Source of the DNA: Mytilus edulis
Lineage: Eukaryota
Assembly (NCBI RefSeq): GCF_963676685.1
Contig: NC_092348.1
Coordinates: 13,578,001 to 13,642,000, forward strand
Direction: 5' to 3'
Length of the DNA: 64,000 nt
The notes under the pieces: model-generated
What the model was told of the DNA's origin: nothing
The model's input: only the letters and a program-made list of their open reading frames with translations
Database searches by the model: none
Program-made: the position numbers and the translations under genes
In this document: piece after piece, positions 1-12,052 of the stretch
Layout of the letters: each line of letters opens with the position of its first letter
Position numbering within the stretch: the first letter of the stretch is position 1

Positions 1-488
1 TATAGTTGCTCCAGAACTCTTCAGACTCAGTTCATTGGTGTTTTTTAAAGCATTTCATGTATGAATAGTAATTTTCTACCTTTTCATTTAAACAAAATGG
101 TTCTTTAGTTTATTGTTTGGTGGTGTCAAACATGTACAGCTTACTAGATCTGTTTGCATCATTCTCACAGCCAGATGTAAACAACATAAATGCTTGATCA
201 CTGTTTAATTTACTGCTATGTTAAAACGCACTAATGACTTTCAATACATATGTTAGAGTTGTATCCCATATACTAAGTCTACCCCCTTCAATAGACAATC
301 AGACAACGAAGCTAATGATGACCATTAAAATCCATTCATAAAACAAATTTAAAGCTAACACGTTGTTATATATAAATATATATTGTTGGCATTTATTTTT
401 TGTATAGACAAATGGAAGTAGCTTCTTATATGGACTAGGTTTCGAATATGCGTCTTGACAAACAAACCAAGGTCTCAAAACAGAACAG

Positions 489-700
489 ATAGAACTGTCA
501 AAATGTGTTCTTGTATAGAACTGTCAATGTGTTTTTGTATATAACTGTCAAAATATGTGTTTGTATAGAACTTTCAAAAGATGTTCTTGATAGAACTGTC
601 AAAATGTGTTCTTATATAGAACTGTCAAGATCTGTTCTTGGATAGAACAGTCAAAATCTGTTTTTAGAATGAACTGTCAGAATAAGTTCTTGGTTAGGAC
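489..700 (+). repeat. Degenerate ~26-27 bp minisatellite (ATAGAACTGTCAAAATGTGTTCTTGT-like), about 8 copies
   Basis: The core agaactgtcaa recurs every ~25-27 bp; the ORF at 606..788 is a by-product. Confidence 0.85.
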
Positions 701-1626
701 AGTTCTAAATGACGTTGAACAGAAAAATTCTCTTGTCCGTAAAGTATGTGATAGCTGGTTATTCTTAATAGTAAAATATATAGTTTAGGATTTATGTTTT
801 AGTTCTGTCATTTTCTGTCTTTGCTATGTAATTATTATCAATTTAAAATAAGAGCTATAATTGTAAATTCAATTGTGAAGAATATACTTTTCTATTTACA
901 AATATTATTAGTAAATTCTTATTCGACCCACAATAATACAGCTGGTGTTATACAGCCACAATAACATTTTCTCAGGAAGTGTTTTATACCAAGTTTACTA
1001 GTCAAAGATCAAATATTCATGTTATATAGAGAATTCAAACTGGTGTCAGATAGTTATAACTAATGATGCCATTGTGATAGGCTAAATACTATCTTATAAA
1101 ACAACGATATTAATTTAGGATTTACCAGGAACATTTGGTTTTTTTAACCCATTAAGTCACGTTTAACAAATTTGATTTCAAATATATTCCTACTCCTTTT
1201 AAAACGTTGTCTTACCGGTTGAACTTAGTCTTTCTGGCCTTCATTCTTTTGATATTTAGTTTCGAGATTTATAATGTTCACGTATACCATGTGGTACACT
1301 AACAGACCAAACCTTTGTTTATATCCTGCTTCCATATACACGAATACAAAATAAATAAAAGATAAGTGGTATCATTCCATGACACAATATTAGTATATGC
1401 ACAACAAAACAACAGACAAAAAGCAAAGGAACATTACTTAAAAACTAAGACAGCCGTGAGCACCAACTTTATGGAATTTTTTTTTAAATAATGTAAAGTT
1501 GCACCACCAAATTAGTCGCGGTAAAATGAGGTCATAGTGAAAAAACGTTCATATTATAAAGAAACTTGTTCCTATGCATATCTGTAAATAAATAAATAAG
1601 TATAAATCTATGAAGACTATGTTTTC

Positions 1627-1821
1627 TACATTGATGCAGATATAAAAAATGTTGTTAATTATTCATAATCAAATTACAAATCCTTGATTCTTCTTTCTGG
1701 ATATATGATACTGGATATTGATATACATTGATGCACATATAAAACATGTTGTTAAATCATTTCTCATCAAATCACAAATCCTTGATTCTTGTTTCTGGAT
1801 ATATGATACTGGATATTGATA
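1627..1821 (+). repeat. Local tandem duplication of a ~98-bp unit (2 copies)
   Basis: tacattgatgc...atcaaat(t/c)acaaatccttgattctt(c/g)tttctggatatatgatactggatattgata occurs at ~1627-1722 and ~1724-1821. Confidence 0.85.
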
Positions 1822-3129
1822 AACTATGTCGTATGACATCCTTCGTCCCAACTCGGTGGATTCCATACCTCCAAGAGAAAAAGAATTAACCGAGGTTAGC
1901 TGGTTGCGTATGACACATTTGCAAATATGCCACTTATCTGCGTATTTACTTTATGTGTGTATTATCTTGACTTTGTATCATATATAAAAAAAATTATGCA
2001 ATTTTCTAGTCAGCATCTTCAAATAATAGCTTTTTGACAAATGGTAAAATCCTGTGCTTATTTACTCTCTATGTCCTGCTTTCACGTGCACATTGTGCGG
2101 TTACTGTTTTTTCGTTCCCTCACTAGAGTGGATATAATGTAGCTAGAAATAGTTAAACTACTAAAACATGTTATCTTGAAATTGATTGTTCTAAAATAAT
2201 AATAGGATATGACATAAATTGTTTTACCAGTGATATTATTCAAAAAGGGTTTATTACCTTTTTTTTTATTTTTGAAAGTCTAATGTTGGTAAAATCGTTT
2301 ATTCATGACAGCCACTAACTTTTAAATCATTGTCTAGGCCTACGCAAAATAAATAGTCAGAAAATCACTGAACAAATAACAAATAAAAAAGATTTGACAA
2401 TTGACAACAAAATATTAGTTTAAAATATAAATAAGAAACAATTACTCACTGCATTTTACCAATTTTGTTTGATAAAGGCTATCATTGTAGTGTTTTGTTC
2501 GGATAAGTAAGTCAAGCGGAAGCTTAAATCGATGTATCTGTACTATTTTAAGAGATAGTTATTTATCTTCTTTATGCTTAACATTTGAAAGAATAGATAA
2601 CGGAAACCATATTGAAACTAGTATTAGATTTTATATAATAGTCTGCAATTTAATCGCCTTTGTATTGATGTTCTATATTAACTGGTTCTGTACGCAGTCT
2701 GTGAAATAATAGCAAAATAAGTATCTAAATACACATGGCCGTTGTAAACATTTGTAAATTATTTAAGTTTAGATTTTTTTTTTATTAAATTATAGATTTT
2801 GAGCATTTGTTTATATATCTTGGCTTTCATGATCTTTTCGAAAATGCCTCAACGAAGTCAGGAATATGAAAGTTGTTCATCATTTGATTTTGCCTTTTGA
2901 TTAGGGACTTTCCTTTTTGAATTTTCCTCGGAGTTCAGTAGTTTTGTAATTTCACTTGTTTCGATCTTTCGATATAGATATTGATTCATCACCTGAAGTT
3001 TATTTCATAATATTTGTAAATCTTATATTTTGATAATCATTCTACACTGCCGTCTTAATAGATGAAATATAGTAAGTCTATGCAATAAAAGTCAAAGTAG
3101 AACGTCGTTAGACTGTGAAGTATATCTTA

Positions 3130-3820
3130 ATGTTAACTGCTAGTAGACTGTTTTAATTTATGCATTATTGTCATTTTGTTTAATTACATCTACTGACATC
3201 AGACTCGGACTTCTTTTGAGCTGAATTTAAATGTGCGTATTGTTATGCATTTACTTACCTACATTGGCTAGAGGTATAGGGGGAAGGTTGATATCTCATA
3301 AACATGATTAACCCCACCGCATTTTTGCGCCTGTCCCAAGTCAGGAGCCTCTGGCCTTTGGTAGTCTTGTATTATTTTAATTTTAGTTTCTTGTGTACAA
3401 TTTGGAAATTAGTATGGCGTTCATTATCACTGGACTAGTATATATTTGTTTAGGGGCCAGCTGAAGGACGACTCCGGGTGCGGGAATTTCTCGCTACATT
3501 GAAGACCTGTTGGTGACCCTCTGCTGTTGTTGTTTTTTATTTGGTCGGGTTGTTGTCTCTTTGACACATTCCCCATTTCCATTCTCAATTTTATTGTATT
3601 ATTTTTAATTTCATTTTTTTGTGTACAATTTGGAGTTTAGTATGACGTTCATTATCACTGAACTAGTATATATATTTGTCTAGGAGCCAGCTGAAGGGCG
3701 CCTCCGGATGCGGAAATTTCTCGCTGCATTGCAGACTTGTTGGTGACCTTCTGCTGTTGTCTGTTCTATGGTCGGGTTGTTGTCTCTTGACAAATTCCCC
3801 ATTTCCATTCTCAATTTTAC
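3130..3820 (+). mobile_element. 3' tail of a Penelope-like retroelement family, with a partial tandem duplication of its 3' end
   Basis: Matches the reverse complement of the tail that follows the RT C-terminus at 32880-33476. Segment ~3370-3590 is repeated at ~3595-3820, and both end in ccccatttccattctcaatttt. Confidence 0.6.
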
Positions 3821-4396
3821 TTGATACTTTCTCAGTAGTCATTACATATACATGTTATACATAAAAGCTATATGTCTGCTACGAAGAATTAAGGATTGAT
3901 ATTTAAATAAAAAGTATTGTCAAATCTACTTTAAACTTTTGTAAAACTCTTATGATAACATATATAATACTTAATGGAATTAAAACAGATTCATTTAGTA
4001 TGAAATTCATAACAGTGTAGCTATGGCCATTCATTGACTGGGGAAAATTAGGTGAACGTTCGTCTGTAATGCCCACTGCTCACGACGTACTTATCATAGA
4101 AATTTAAACTGTGAGGTCACCAAAGGTTCTAAACGCCTAAATAAAATAATTAAAAATACTTATCAGGAATAACCTTTGTAATTTGAAAATAAATAAAAAT
4201 GGCCTTCAACACGGAGTCTTGGCTCACACCGAACAGCAAGCTATAAAGGTTGAATACTTAAAATTCTTTACTTGATTTTTTGTTATGGTTTGACCATCAA
4301 TTTTCCTAATATGATATCGCACGTTCTTTCAGATTATTTTTTTTACTTAATTGGCTTTAAAAGTTACAATGCATGATGTCGTCTGTTTATGTAGTT

Positions 4397-4579
4397 CATA
4401 TCTATCACTTCTGTGCATGTCTCACCTAGTTTCGAGTGTTTTAAACGACCCAGAGAAAATACCCAATTTTACTATCCATACTAGTTTCTTTATAATATGG
4501 AAAGTAAAATTGGGTATTTTCTCTGGGTCGTTTAAAACACTCGAAACTAGGTGAAACATGCACAGAAGTGATAGATATG
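4397..4579. repeat. Near-perfect 183-bp inverted repeat (84-bp arms, 2 mismatches, 15-nt spacer)
   Basis: 4397-4480 is the reverse complement of 4496-4579. Confidence 0.95.
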
Positions 4580-5504
4580 TATTATAAATATAGAAAATTG
4601 AATATTTTAATCAGCAAAAAAAAAAAAAAAAAAAAAATCTGTATCATACACCCAAGCGCCTGTGTTCGGTGTGAGCCAAGGCTCCGTGTTGCAGGTCGTA
4701 CCTTGACCTATAATGGTTTACTTTTATGAATTATTACTTGGGAGGAGAGTTGTCTCATTGGCACTCATACCACATCTTCCTATATCTATCTATATCTATA
4801 CATTTTTTTTTCAACAAAAGAATACATCACAAGAATATAAGTTTTGTAAGAAACGTGAGAAATTGTGTTGGACTTGAAGATAAGGCAAAGTGACAAATCT
4901 CTGAAAGAATGAATCGTTTTATGGTATTAAACAAAGAAATCAAATGATTTTTTAATTATCCAGAACTCTTCACAAACAAAACCCACATGTATACGCATTG
5001 AATAAATAGTAGGCCATTCTTAAATGATCACACCGTAGAAGTAGTTGTGCTCTTAATCAATGAGATATTTTGTTAATTAACCCCACCAACTTAATAGTTT
5101 TTTTTACAATGGATAAACCTATTTTTTTTTTATTATTATTAAATAATATCATCTCTGAACATTATTATTCTTATAAATGACACGGTTGTATGTGATGATT
5201 ATAATAAATATTTAAAACAAATTCCTTTCAAGCTTTGTAAAAAGAAAGTTTCATTTTATGTATCGGAATGTGTAACAAGTGAATATTTCAATCCCCACTG
5301 GAAGGCCTCTGACAGACTAGGTGAGCATAAAATCATAGCCGTTGACAAACAAGTTACAACCTACAAACGTTTTACTGTCGACCACACTGTTATGCAATTA
5401 GTTCTATTCTCACGAAAATGAATTAATGCAATGACACAGAAAAAAAGGTAAAAAGAAAAGAACAAAAGATATGGCAAGGTTTTTAAAAAAGTAGAAGTTT
5501 AAAC

Positions 5505-6045
5505 CAAAACTAAAGGTAAAATCACAAAAATACTGAACATCGTAGGAAATTCTAAACGGAAGCGTCTCATTAAATGGCAAAATGAAAAGCTTAAACACAT
5601 CAAACGAATGGATAACAACCGTTATATTGCGGACATGGTAGAGACATTTTCTGACGTGGAAAACTGTAGGTTAAACATGGTTTTAAAGCTATCTAAACCT
5701 CTCACTTCTCACTTGTATGACTTCGCGTAAAATCCCATCATATTGACAACGATATGTGAACAAAACAAACTGACATAAGGTAAAACAAATGTCAAAAAGG
5801 GGTACAGCAGTTCACATTGTGTTATAATCTAAATAAATTTAAAACAAACATATACGTCAACAAAGAAATAAAAGACATATACACCATCACATAAGCAAAA
5901 ACGAAAGAGAAGAAGACAAATAAAATACTATTTCGCATTATCTCAATGATGGGTTGTATAAGTACCGAGCATTGTCAAATGGACATTACCACAAATAGAC
6001 TACAGAGTAAAAGTATTTTTTTACAAGGACAAATAAAAGATTACT
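5505..6045 (-). mobile_element. Interspersed repeat copy (family with gtcaggaatatgacagttgtt...gagttcagtatttttgtgattttac)
   Basis: Homologous copies at ~2855-2960, 16720-16960, 22180-22560, 41380-41970 and 52845-52970 (+), and ~58610-58740 and 60360-60610 (-). Confidence 0.65.
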
Positions 6046-8294
6046 TTAACACGTTATTAAAGACGGGGTGAAAGATACCAGACATAAATTCAAACTCATA
6101 AAACGAACATAACAGACACGCCATGGCTAAACAAGAAAAAGACAAACAATAGTACGCAAAACACAACATAGACAAATAAAGACTATGAACCACGAACCCC
6201 ACCAACAAGTATTGAGATGACAAACAACGTCAGTTCCTAGAATCTATACTTCAAAGCCATCCTGTTTTATTTGTGAAGTTGATACGGAATATTAATTGAC
6301 AAGGTCTTGGTATTTTTCAAAGAACATTTTTAGAAAAAGGACAAGTTATTCTTTGACATATTCCTGGCTCATCAACATTCTGGCATCTTCATTTCAATAA
6401 CTCAAAGTGCCGATGATGTATTTGAACTAGTTTTAGAAGGTTTGGCGTCTGCTGTACAAATTATCGTTTAATTATTGTCATTAATTACCAATAAAATGTA
6501 CATATGCATTCAAGTAGACATACAATGAAGTATTACTATCTTCAATTACATCACGTCCTTAAGATTATGTCATTTAAGAGATGTCTGACAGTTAAAGCTG
6601 CTGTTGTCTTGTATTGTCTGGTAATAAAGAGACAAAGCAAACTCTGTTAAAATCAGGATCATGATCTTTTATAGGATCTAATAAAACTATGAGATACATG
6701 ATCCTTAATTAACAAATTCTGACATAACAACTGTAGACTATATACTATATAGTGTTTGTTTTCGTCATCATTATTAAATCATAAATAATGTTAAGACCGT
6801 TGTAATAATTATTTGTTAGGAATCTGGCTACATCAGAATAATAAAAAAAAAGCTTTAGAATTATTCAAAAAACTTGTTTATTATTTCGAAAGGATCCAAT
6901 TATATTGACATTAAACCATCTCCTAATTTGAGTAATATAATATTGCTTTTCTCTCAAAATCTTTTCTTTGGAACGTTTACTGCCAACTTTTTGATAATAA
7001 GAAAAGCATTTAAAAAGATGTTTTAAAAAAAAGAAAACAGGACATAAATTTGTTCCTCTCTCAGTATTATTCAACACTACATAAAATAAATGCAATCTTT
7101 TCAATCAAACGTTAATTTATCAATTAAGAAAAAAACGATTAATGAATATATGTTTCTAAATAATTATTTCAAGCGGTAACCAGAAAAAAGTTTTTAGCAA
7201 CTAAGAAGATACATAGTGAATGGATGTTCTTACTGTAAATGTATAATTGCAAAGCTTGCAGGATCGGTTGTCTTTGATACTGTCATTTAATCTGTTTCCC
7301 ATACGTTAGAAGAACTATACATTTTTGAAGTTACATCAGTTGCATTATATTGTTAATAATACATGCTACAACTAATACGTAATTACATATAAACACCACT
7401 CAAACAAATGCATAATAACTTGAATATAATATTCATATTATCATCAATAGAACGGTGACCAGACACAATATTTTTCAGATTTCATCGTCAAACATACTAT
7501 ATGGCTATATTATATATCATTAGATTCGGAAAAAAGAAATGTGGTAACAATTTTGCCGAAAATAAGGTCAAAAATCAAATTCTGTTATTATTTATTTTCA
7601 AAATTTTAAGATATATACAACACTTTTAGGTTAACATTCAGATACAGACATTTTTTAAAAATTAATAAGCAAAGAAATATCTCGAGCATGTAAAAGAAAA
7701 AAAATCGTCGTCCATTCGTTACACTGCTTATGTTCCCTATATGCACCCACAACTCGCTTATATGTGTCATATGTTTTTAATAGTGAACACACAGAACAAT
7801 CACATTTGTATTAGAGGTCAGTATGATTGTTCTTCTGCTTTCCCATTTCTCTAAACTTCGTGTCAAAGTTTAAGGCATTGAGTATCATATGAGTATCGAC
7901 CGCCTCTTGAGTGCTTAACAAGCTATGACAGTTTTTTTTTTAAAGTGTTTGTATAAATAACTTTGACAATTTCGGGATTTACAATTGTGCCGGCTAAGTG
8001 AAGCTCACATCAGGTGGAATCAAAGTGGATTTTTAAAGAATAAAACTACAAAGGAAATTAAGGAGAGCCTTTTTTTTCTATTTTTCGAAACAGGAATACT
8101 TCTCTCTCAATAATCTGATACACTTTGGTGGAAGCTACAGTCTTTGTGCGTTGTTCCCTTTCGGTAGATTTTAGATTAGAGTTGTTCATGTCGTAGCGGT
8201 CAAACACATCTGCTTCTGTGTGCGCTATATAAATTCTTTGGAACATATCTTTATAGGACCGCAAAATTTTTGAAGATATATACAAACTCTTTTA

Positions 8295-8770
8295 GGTTAA
8301 ATATTTATAAAGCCAAACAAGTACAATTTGAAGAGCATCGAGTATCCAAAATTCCCCAAATTTGTGCCAAATACGGCTAAAGTAATCTATGCCTGGGATA
8401 AGAAAATCCTTAGTTTTAAAAAAATAAAAAGTTTTGTCAACAGGGATTTTATAAAAGACCACATTATTGATATTCATGTCAACAGTTAATCTCTTAAGTG
8501 TTGACTACTGGGCTGGTGATACCCTTTGGGACAAAACATCCAACAGCATTGGCATGGAGCAAGTGGTGTAAATAGTTGTCAAAGGTACATGGATTATAAT
8601 TTAGTACACCAGACGCGCTTTTCGTCTACATAAGATTCATTAGTGACGCTCATATCAAAATATTTAAAAAGCCAAACATATACAAATTTGAAGAGCATTG
8701 AGGATTCAAAATTCCAAAAAGTTGTTCCGAATACGGTTAATGTAATCTATGCCTGGGATAAGAAAATCCA
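8295..8770 (-). mobile_element. Degenerate retrozyme-like tandem repeat (~360-bp period) containing a type I hammerhead relic
   Basis: gaagagcat...gtaatctatgcctgggataagaaaatcc recurs at 8330 and 8690 (period 360 bp). The minus strand carries a hammerhead-like motif at 8605-8651. Confidence 0.7.
8605..8651 (-). ncRNA. Degenerate minimal type I hammerhead ribozyme
   Basis: Minus strand reads GAGCGTCA-CTAATGA-ATC-TTATGTA-GAC-GAAA-AGCGCG-TC-TGGTGTA. The CUGAUGA core is mutated (G5>A); GAAA, a GCGC palindromic helix III loop and the UC cleavage site are retained. Confidence 0.65.
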
Positions 8771-8912
8771 AAAAAAGGGCTCAAATGAGCATTTGTCTTG
8801 GATTTCGCACAATAACTTAAGTTCAGGAAATAAAAATTTATGAAATTTTATCACAAGGTTAATGACCACAAGAAGGTTGTGATATTTTTTTTTGGAATTA
8901 AGGGCCCAAATA
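8770..8912 (+). repeat. Single monomer of a ~160-170 bp GGGCCC-containing satellite-like repeat (second monomer at ~9520-9675)
   Basis: aaaaagggc(t/c)caaat...tttcgc...taactt...atgaaattt...caaggtt(a/t)atgacc is shared between 8770 and 9520. Confidence 0.55.
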
Positions 8913-9350
8913 AAGGCAACAGTAGTATACCGATGTTCAGAACTCATAAATCGATGAAAAAAAACCAAATCCGGATCATAAACCAAAACCGAGGGAAACG
9001 CATTAAATACAAGAAAATGACGACACACCATTAAAATGTAACACACACAGACACGAACTAAACATTAGACAAAATGCGATGCGAATAACAAATATAACAT
9101 CAAAACTAAATACATGAATTTGGGATAGAAAATTACCGTGACACGTCTTATAATATTGTGAATTCACACTCAAATATAAGAGGAAACAAACGACTCAAAA
9201 GAAACATAACGTTAATATGTAACATGGCCATGTGAAATATAACATTAAAATGACAACACAACATTACACGACTACAATACAAATAAATAGGAGAACACAA
9301 TTGACAAAGAAACACGCGAAAAATAGCTAACAAAAGACAACAGGTTTAAT
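8909..9350 (+). mobile_element. Interspersed repeat copy (family starting aataaaggcaacagtagtataccg)
   Basis: Other copies at ~17690-18055, 24915-25230, 45222-45990 (interrupted) and 61625-61990; reverse copy at ~12780-12865. Confidence 0.65.
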
Positions 9351-9356
9351 ATTTAA

Positions 9357-9402
9357 TACGCCAGAAGTGCATTTTGTCCATACAAGACTTACTAGTGACG
9401 TC
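9357..9402 (-). ncRNA. Highly degenerate hammerhead relic
   Basis: Minus strand reads GACGTCA-CTAGTAA-GTC-TTGTATG-GAC-AAAA-TGCACT-TC-TGGCGTA; same scaffold as 8605-8651 but with a damaged core. Confidence 0.45.
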
Positions 9403-9669
9403 CAGATACAAAAGTTTGAAAGCCGAAACAAGTACAAAGTTGAACAGCATTGAGGACAAAAAGTTCAAAAAAGTTGTGCCAAAAATGGCCAGGGGTTTCT
9501 GTTAGGCACCAGAACATCCAAAAAGGGCCCAAATAAGCCTTTTTCTTGGTTTTCGCGCAATAACTTTAGTATAAGAAAATATAAATGTATGAAATTTTAA
9601 AACAAGGTTTATGACCTTAAAAGGTTTGGATTAATTTTGGGAAGTTTATTTCTAACAGTTTAGGAATGA

Positions 9670-10290
9670 GGGGTTTTAGTTTTAACTTTGGTATTGGACT
9701 GTAAAAACTCCTTGACTGACCTAAAGAAAGAGCACTAGTGATGAAATGTCTAGACATGTTCACGCCATCTTCGACAGCTGTGATCAAAGAATTTTGAACA
9801 TCTCTTTTAGCATGCATTTCAAAAGAGATATTGATAAGAGATGAAGAATGGAATCCACATTAAAGGGATGAGTCATAGTTCACAATGTCAATAGCATGTT
9901 CCTCATCTCTTTTTATTGTTGGTGGTTCTGTTTCCTTGTGTGAATTTGAACTATTTGTAGCAATTCCAGTCCTTTCCAGCATAATACAACAAATGGAATT
10001 AAGGAAATGTCTTGTAAGGGTCCATCCAACAAAGGAGGGACGAAAGATACCAAAGGGACAGTCAAACTCATAAATCTAAAACAAACTGACAACGCCATGG
10101 CTAAAAATGAAAAAGACAAACAGAAAAACAATAGTACACATGACACAACATAGAAAACTAAAGAATAAACAACAAGTGCAGACCTTTGATTTGTTATGCC
10201 TACAATTCCGCCTGATCCCCTTAGGGCTTTTATAACGGTCTTATCTGTTTCCATTTCGGTCCAAATACCGTTAATAATTGGCAGCCCCCT
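9670..10290 (-). pseudogene. Remnant of a large DNA-transposon protein (Academ-like), interrupted by a retroelement tail at ~10032-10173
   Basis: Minus-strand fragments join across the insert: NGIWTEMETDKTVIKALRGSGGIVGITNQRSALV / GWTLTRH ... SHKETEPPTIKRDEEH ... HPFNV ... LINIS ... FYSPIPKLKLK. Family assignment is from motif recall. Confidence 0.55.
10032..10173 (-). mobile_element. Short 3'-terminal fragment of the Penelope-like family seen at 29513-30154
   Basis: Reverse complement of ~30012-30152; flanked by a CAACAA duplication. Confidence 0.75.
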
Positions 10291-11740
10291 TCAGTGATTG
10301 GTACAATTGATTGCAAAAAAAGTAAGGTTACATTTGAGGTGACGATCTCATAGAAGTGACAAATTATCCTCTTATTCTGCACTTACATTTGACAGCAAAA
10401 TATCTACTGCTTAAAGAAATGTCCCAGTATTTTAATGTAAGTGATATAGATTGCTTATGTGTATCTATAATAGGCAGTAAATTGGCTTCGAATAGCTCCG
10501 ACATATGAGCGTGAGTACTTGTGTCTGGCTTGAATTGCTTAAATAATGTTTCTGAGATAAATAAATTTGAAATGATTGATTATTAAAGGTCTGAAATATC
10601 ATATAAATGTTGATTATTTTACAAATATGTCGAAATTGAATTGAAACGTATTATGAATACAAACTATTCGTAGTGCTAGTCTTTTACAAAAAACTCTTTC
10701 ATGACGGATTTTTTTTGGTAAACGTTATTTTTAATTGTTAAAATAAGGTGTAACAACAATGTATATAATAACAGAAATCATATCATGAATGTGTTTTTAC
10801 AATTTAGACCTCAAAACGTATCAAAGACGATTTTACTTTCAAATAAATAAGCGTTCTTCAAAGGCCATTTTACAAAAATTGCACCGTACGATTTTTTTAC
10901 GACAAGTCAAAATGTTAAGTTTAATCTTTGAACTAACAATACTGCGATTTATAGCCGTATAGTCCGAATGACAATTAAACCCCTTCAATAAGCGACTTTT
11001 CCTTACTTGGTCTCCGTACCTCAAGGCGTGTACTATATCTCAAACAATAGATATATTGTATCAGCTATTTATCCTAGGGAAACTCTCATGGATCTCAGCT
11101 CTTTATTTATGATCAAGCATTAAAATACAAACTGTATATTCAGATATAAACTTATATACGTATGACTGTGTGACCATTTTTTATCATCTGTGTCACAGAT
11201 TACCACGGAAGTATCACTTTGTTGTAACAATATTCAAAAAGTGTATTCACTCTTTTTTATTAAACGCAATGGGTATTAGAAGTAGAGAAGCAATTACTAA
11301 TACGTTTGATGTGCCTGCATATATCCCATGCATGGGTCTGTTATGATGTATAAATATGGCACCTAATTAATTGTCGTGTTTTGAAGCCTTACTTTACCGA
11401 TTATAACATTAAAGCAAACAATCAACAAAGAATCATGAATATTGAGCACGTGCATAACATGTACAAAAAGATAATGGTTTATTTCAATGATAGATCCGAT
11501 ACATCCGTATAACGACCACCAAATTATTAAGAGAGAGGTCACACTGAGTTCACTGCAATCGGAAAACATATCGGCGAAATTGAAGAATTTTTCTTGAGAT
11601 AAATTATTGATGTTACAACAAAAACTTTCATATCTATGTTTTGTATATCTCGTAAGTTATGTCCTTATAACAAACAAATGTATATTTTAGAATGATCACT
11701 TTGCAATAGTACTCACTGATATGCTCATCAGTATAACTCT

Positions 11741-12052
11741 AAAAAGAGGGACGAAAGATACCAAAGAGGCAGTCAAACTCATAAGTTGAAAATAAACTGA
11801 CAACGCCATGGCTAAAAATGAAGCAAAAAAATACCAGACAAACAATAGCACACATGACACAACATAGAAAACTAAAGAATAAACAACACGAAGCCCACCA
11901 AAAACTAGGGGTGATCTAAAAGAGGAACGAAAGATATCAAAGGGACAATCAAACTCATAAATCTAAAGCAAACTGACAACGCCAATGCTAAAAATGAAAA
12001 AGACAAACACACACCAGCATACATGACACAACATAGAAAACTAAAGAATAAC
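11741..12052 (-). mobile_element. Two tandem 3'-terminal fragments of the same Penelope-like family
   Basis: aaagag(g)gacgaaagata(c/t)caaag...acatagaaaactaaagaataa at ~11741-11917 and ~11918-12052. Confidence 0.75.

Noticed and set aside
6240-6460. Coding-like minus-strand stretch (RCQNVDEPGICQRITCPF)
   Set aside because: Interrupted by stops in the frames checked and no recognisable family.
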